Source of the DNA: a virus
Taxonomy: Duplodnaviria; Caudoviricetes
Direction: 5' to 3' (one strand)
Virus record (IMG/VR): IMGVR_UViG_3300023055_000005
Length of the DNA stretch: 64,000 nucleotides
In this document: positions 63,392 through 64,000 of the stretch, one piece after another
Layout: each line of letters opens with the position of its first letter
Numbering within the stretch: the stretch's first letter is position 1
The notes under the pieces: model-generated
What the model saw: only the letters and a program-made list of their open reading frames with translations
Database searches by the model: none
What the model was told of the DNA's origin: nothing
Translations under genes and position numbers: made by a program

Positions 63392-64000
63392 ATGAAAGCC
63401 CTCGAATTTGTCCGGAGTCTCGGTGAGACCCTGCGACGCGATCAGATCACCGCCGCGCTGGCCGCGTTGGACAACGAAGTCAACGAGGTGACCATCACCC
63501 CGTTCCAGCATGGCGTCAAAGTGCTGGAGGGCCGCGGCGGCTTCCGTAGCCGCGCGGTCCAAGAGGTCAGCAAGACCTTCCTGAATGCCAATCGCGCCTG
63601 GGGTGAAAACTACCCCGTGCTGATGCTGCGCTTGATGGAGGAGATGCCCATGAAGGTGGACATGATCCTGCATTACACCAAGAGCAGCTTCAACAAGGAC
63701 GTGACGCCGGAAGAGATGGATTACCGTCGTGCCGCGGTGCTTCAGTACCTCGGTGCGCTGGACTTCTTCGTCACCTACTCCCGCCATCTGTTGCTGTGGA
63801 CCATCGACTGCGAAACCGCAGCGGCCCAGGGCAACGTGAATGAGCGTGGAGCATCGACGATGCCGCAGGCTGAACTGGAGATGCTCCAGAAGGGCCTGCC
63901 GGGCTTCATCGCGGTGTGCAAGCTGCTGGAGATCCCGGTCGCTGAAGTGGACCGTGCACTGAAGTCGATCCCGGACGCCGCCGTGCGTTCTGAGAACGAT
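63392..64000 (+). CDS. Inner-body/head protein (gp90-like), 3'-truncated by window edge
   Basis: MKALEFVRSLGETLRRDQI... is open to the window end. RAAVLQYL..LDFFV.YSR.LL motif. Follows the gp89-like gene. Confidence 0.7.
   Translation, partial: MKALEFVRSLGETLRRDQITAALAALDNEVNEVTITPFQHGVKVLEGRGGFRSRAVQEVSKTFLNANRAWGENYPVLMLRLMEEMPMKVDMILHYTKSSFNKDVTPEEMDYRRAAVLQYLGALDFFVTYSRHLLLWTIDCETAAAQGNVNERGASTMPQAELEMLQKGLPGFIAVCKLLEIPVAEVDRALKSIPDAAVRSEND

Noticed and set aside
1-64000. tRNA genes, group I/II introns, homing endonucleases, integrase/transposase
   Set aside because: No cloverleaf with T-loop/CCA, no interrupted core gene, and no HNH/LAGLIDADG/GIY-YIG or DDE motif recognised by eye. A tRNAscan-SE or HMM run would be needed to exclude them formally.

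Overview
This window is a 64-kb segment of a GC-rich, phiKZ-related (Chimalliviridae-type) nucleus-forming jumbo phage. Recognisable core genes, in phiKZ-like order: the C-terminal part of the terminase large subunit; the split family-B DNA polymerase (13.5 kb and 53-55 kb); chimallin; four non-virion RNA polymerase subunits; an SbcD nuclease; a 5' exonuclease; ChmC; PicA/Imp1; an SF2 helicase; a virion RNAP beta' C-terminal subunit; and baseplate and head genes. Accessory material includes a tandem paralog array (9.7-12.9 kb), MazG-like, macrodomain and degenerate deoxyribosyltransferase-like genes, and an early cluster of small genes (48.5-53 kb). No tRNA, CRISPR array, intron or PhuZ tubulin was seen. 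The strongest finding is a T-TTT-TTC slippery heptamer at 42701-42707 (minus strand). A -1 slip there joins the 568-aa baseplate/tail-assembly protein in frame to a downstream ORF that lacks a good start and resembles gpGT, which would be a lambda G/GT-type chaperone frameshift. Other leads: small early membrane proteins with histone-H1-like basic tails, Arg/Asp mixed-charge tails on nucleus-locus proteins, a Rev/N-like Arg-rich peptide, and terminators built as hairpin+TATGYC. phiKZ gp equivalents are assigned from motifs and recalled synteny, not from database searches.
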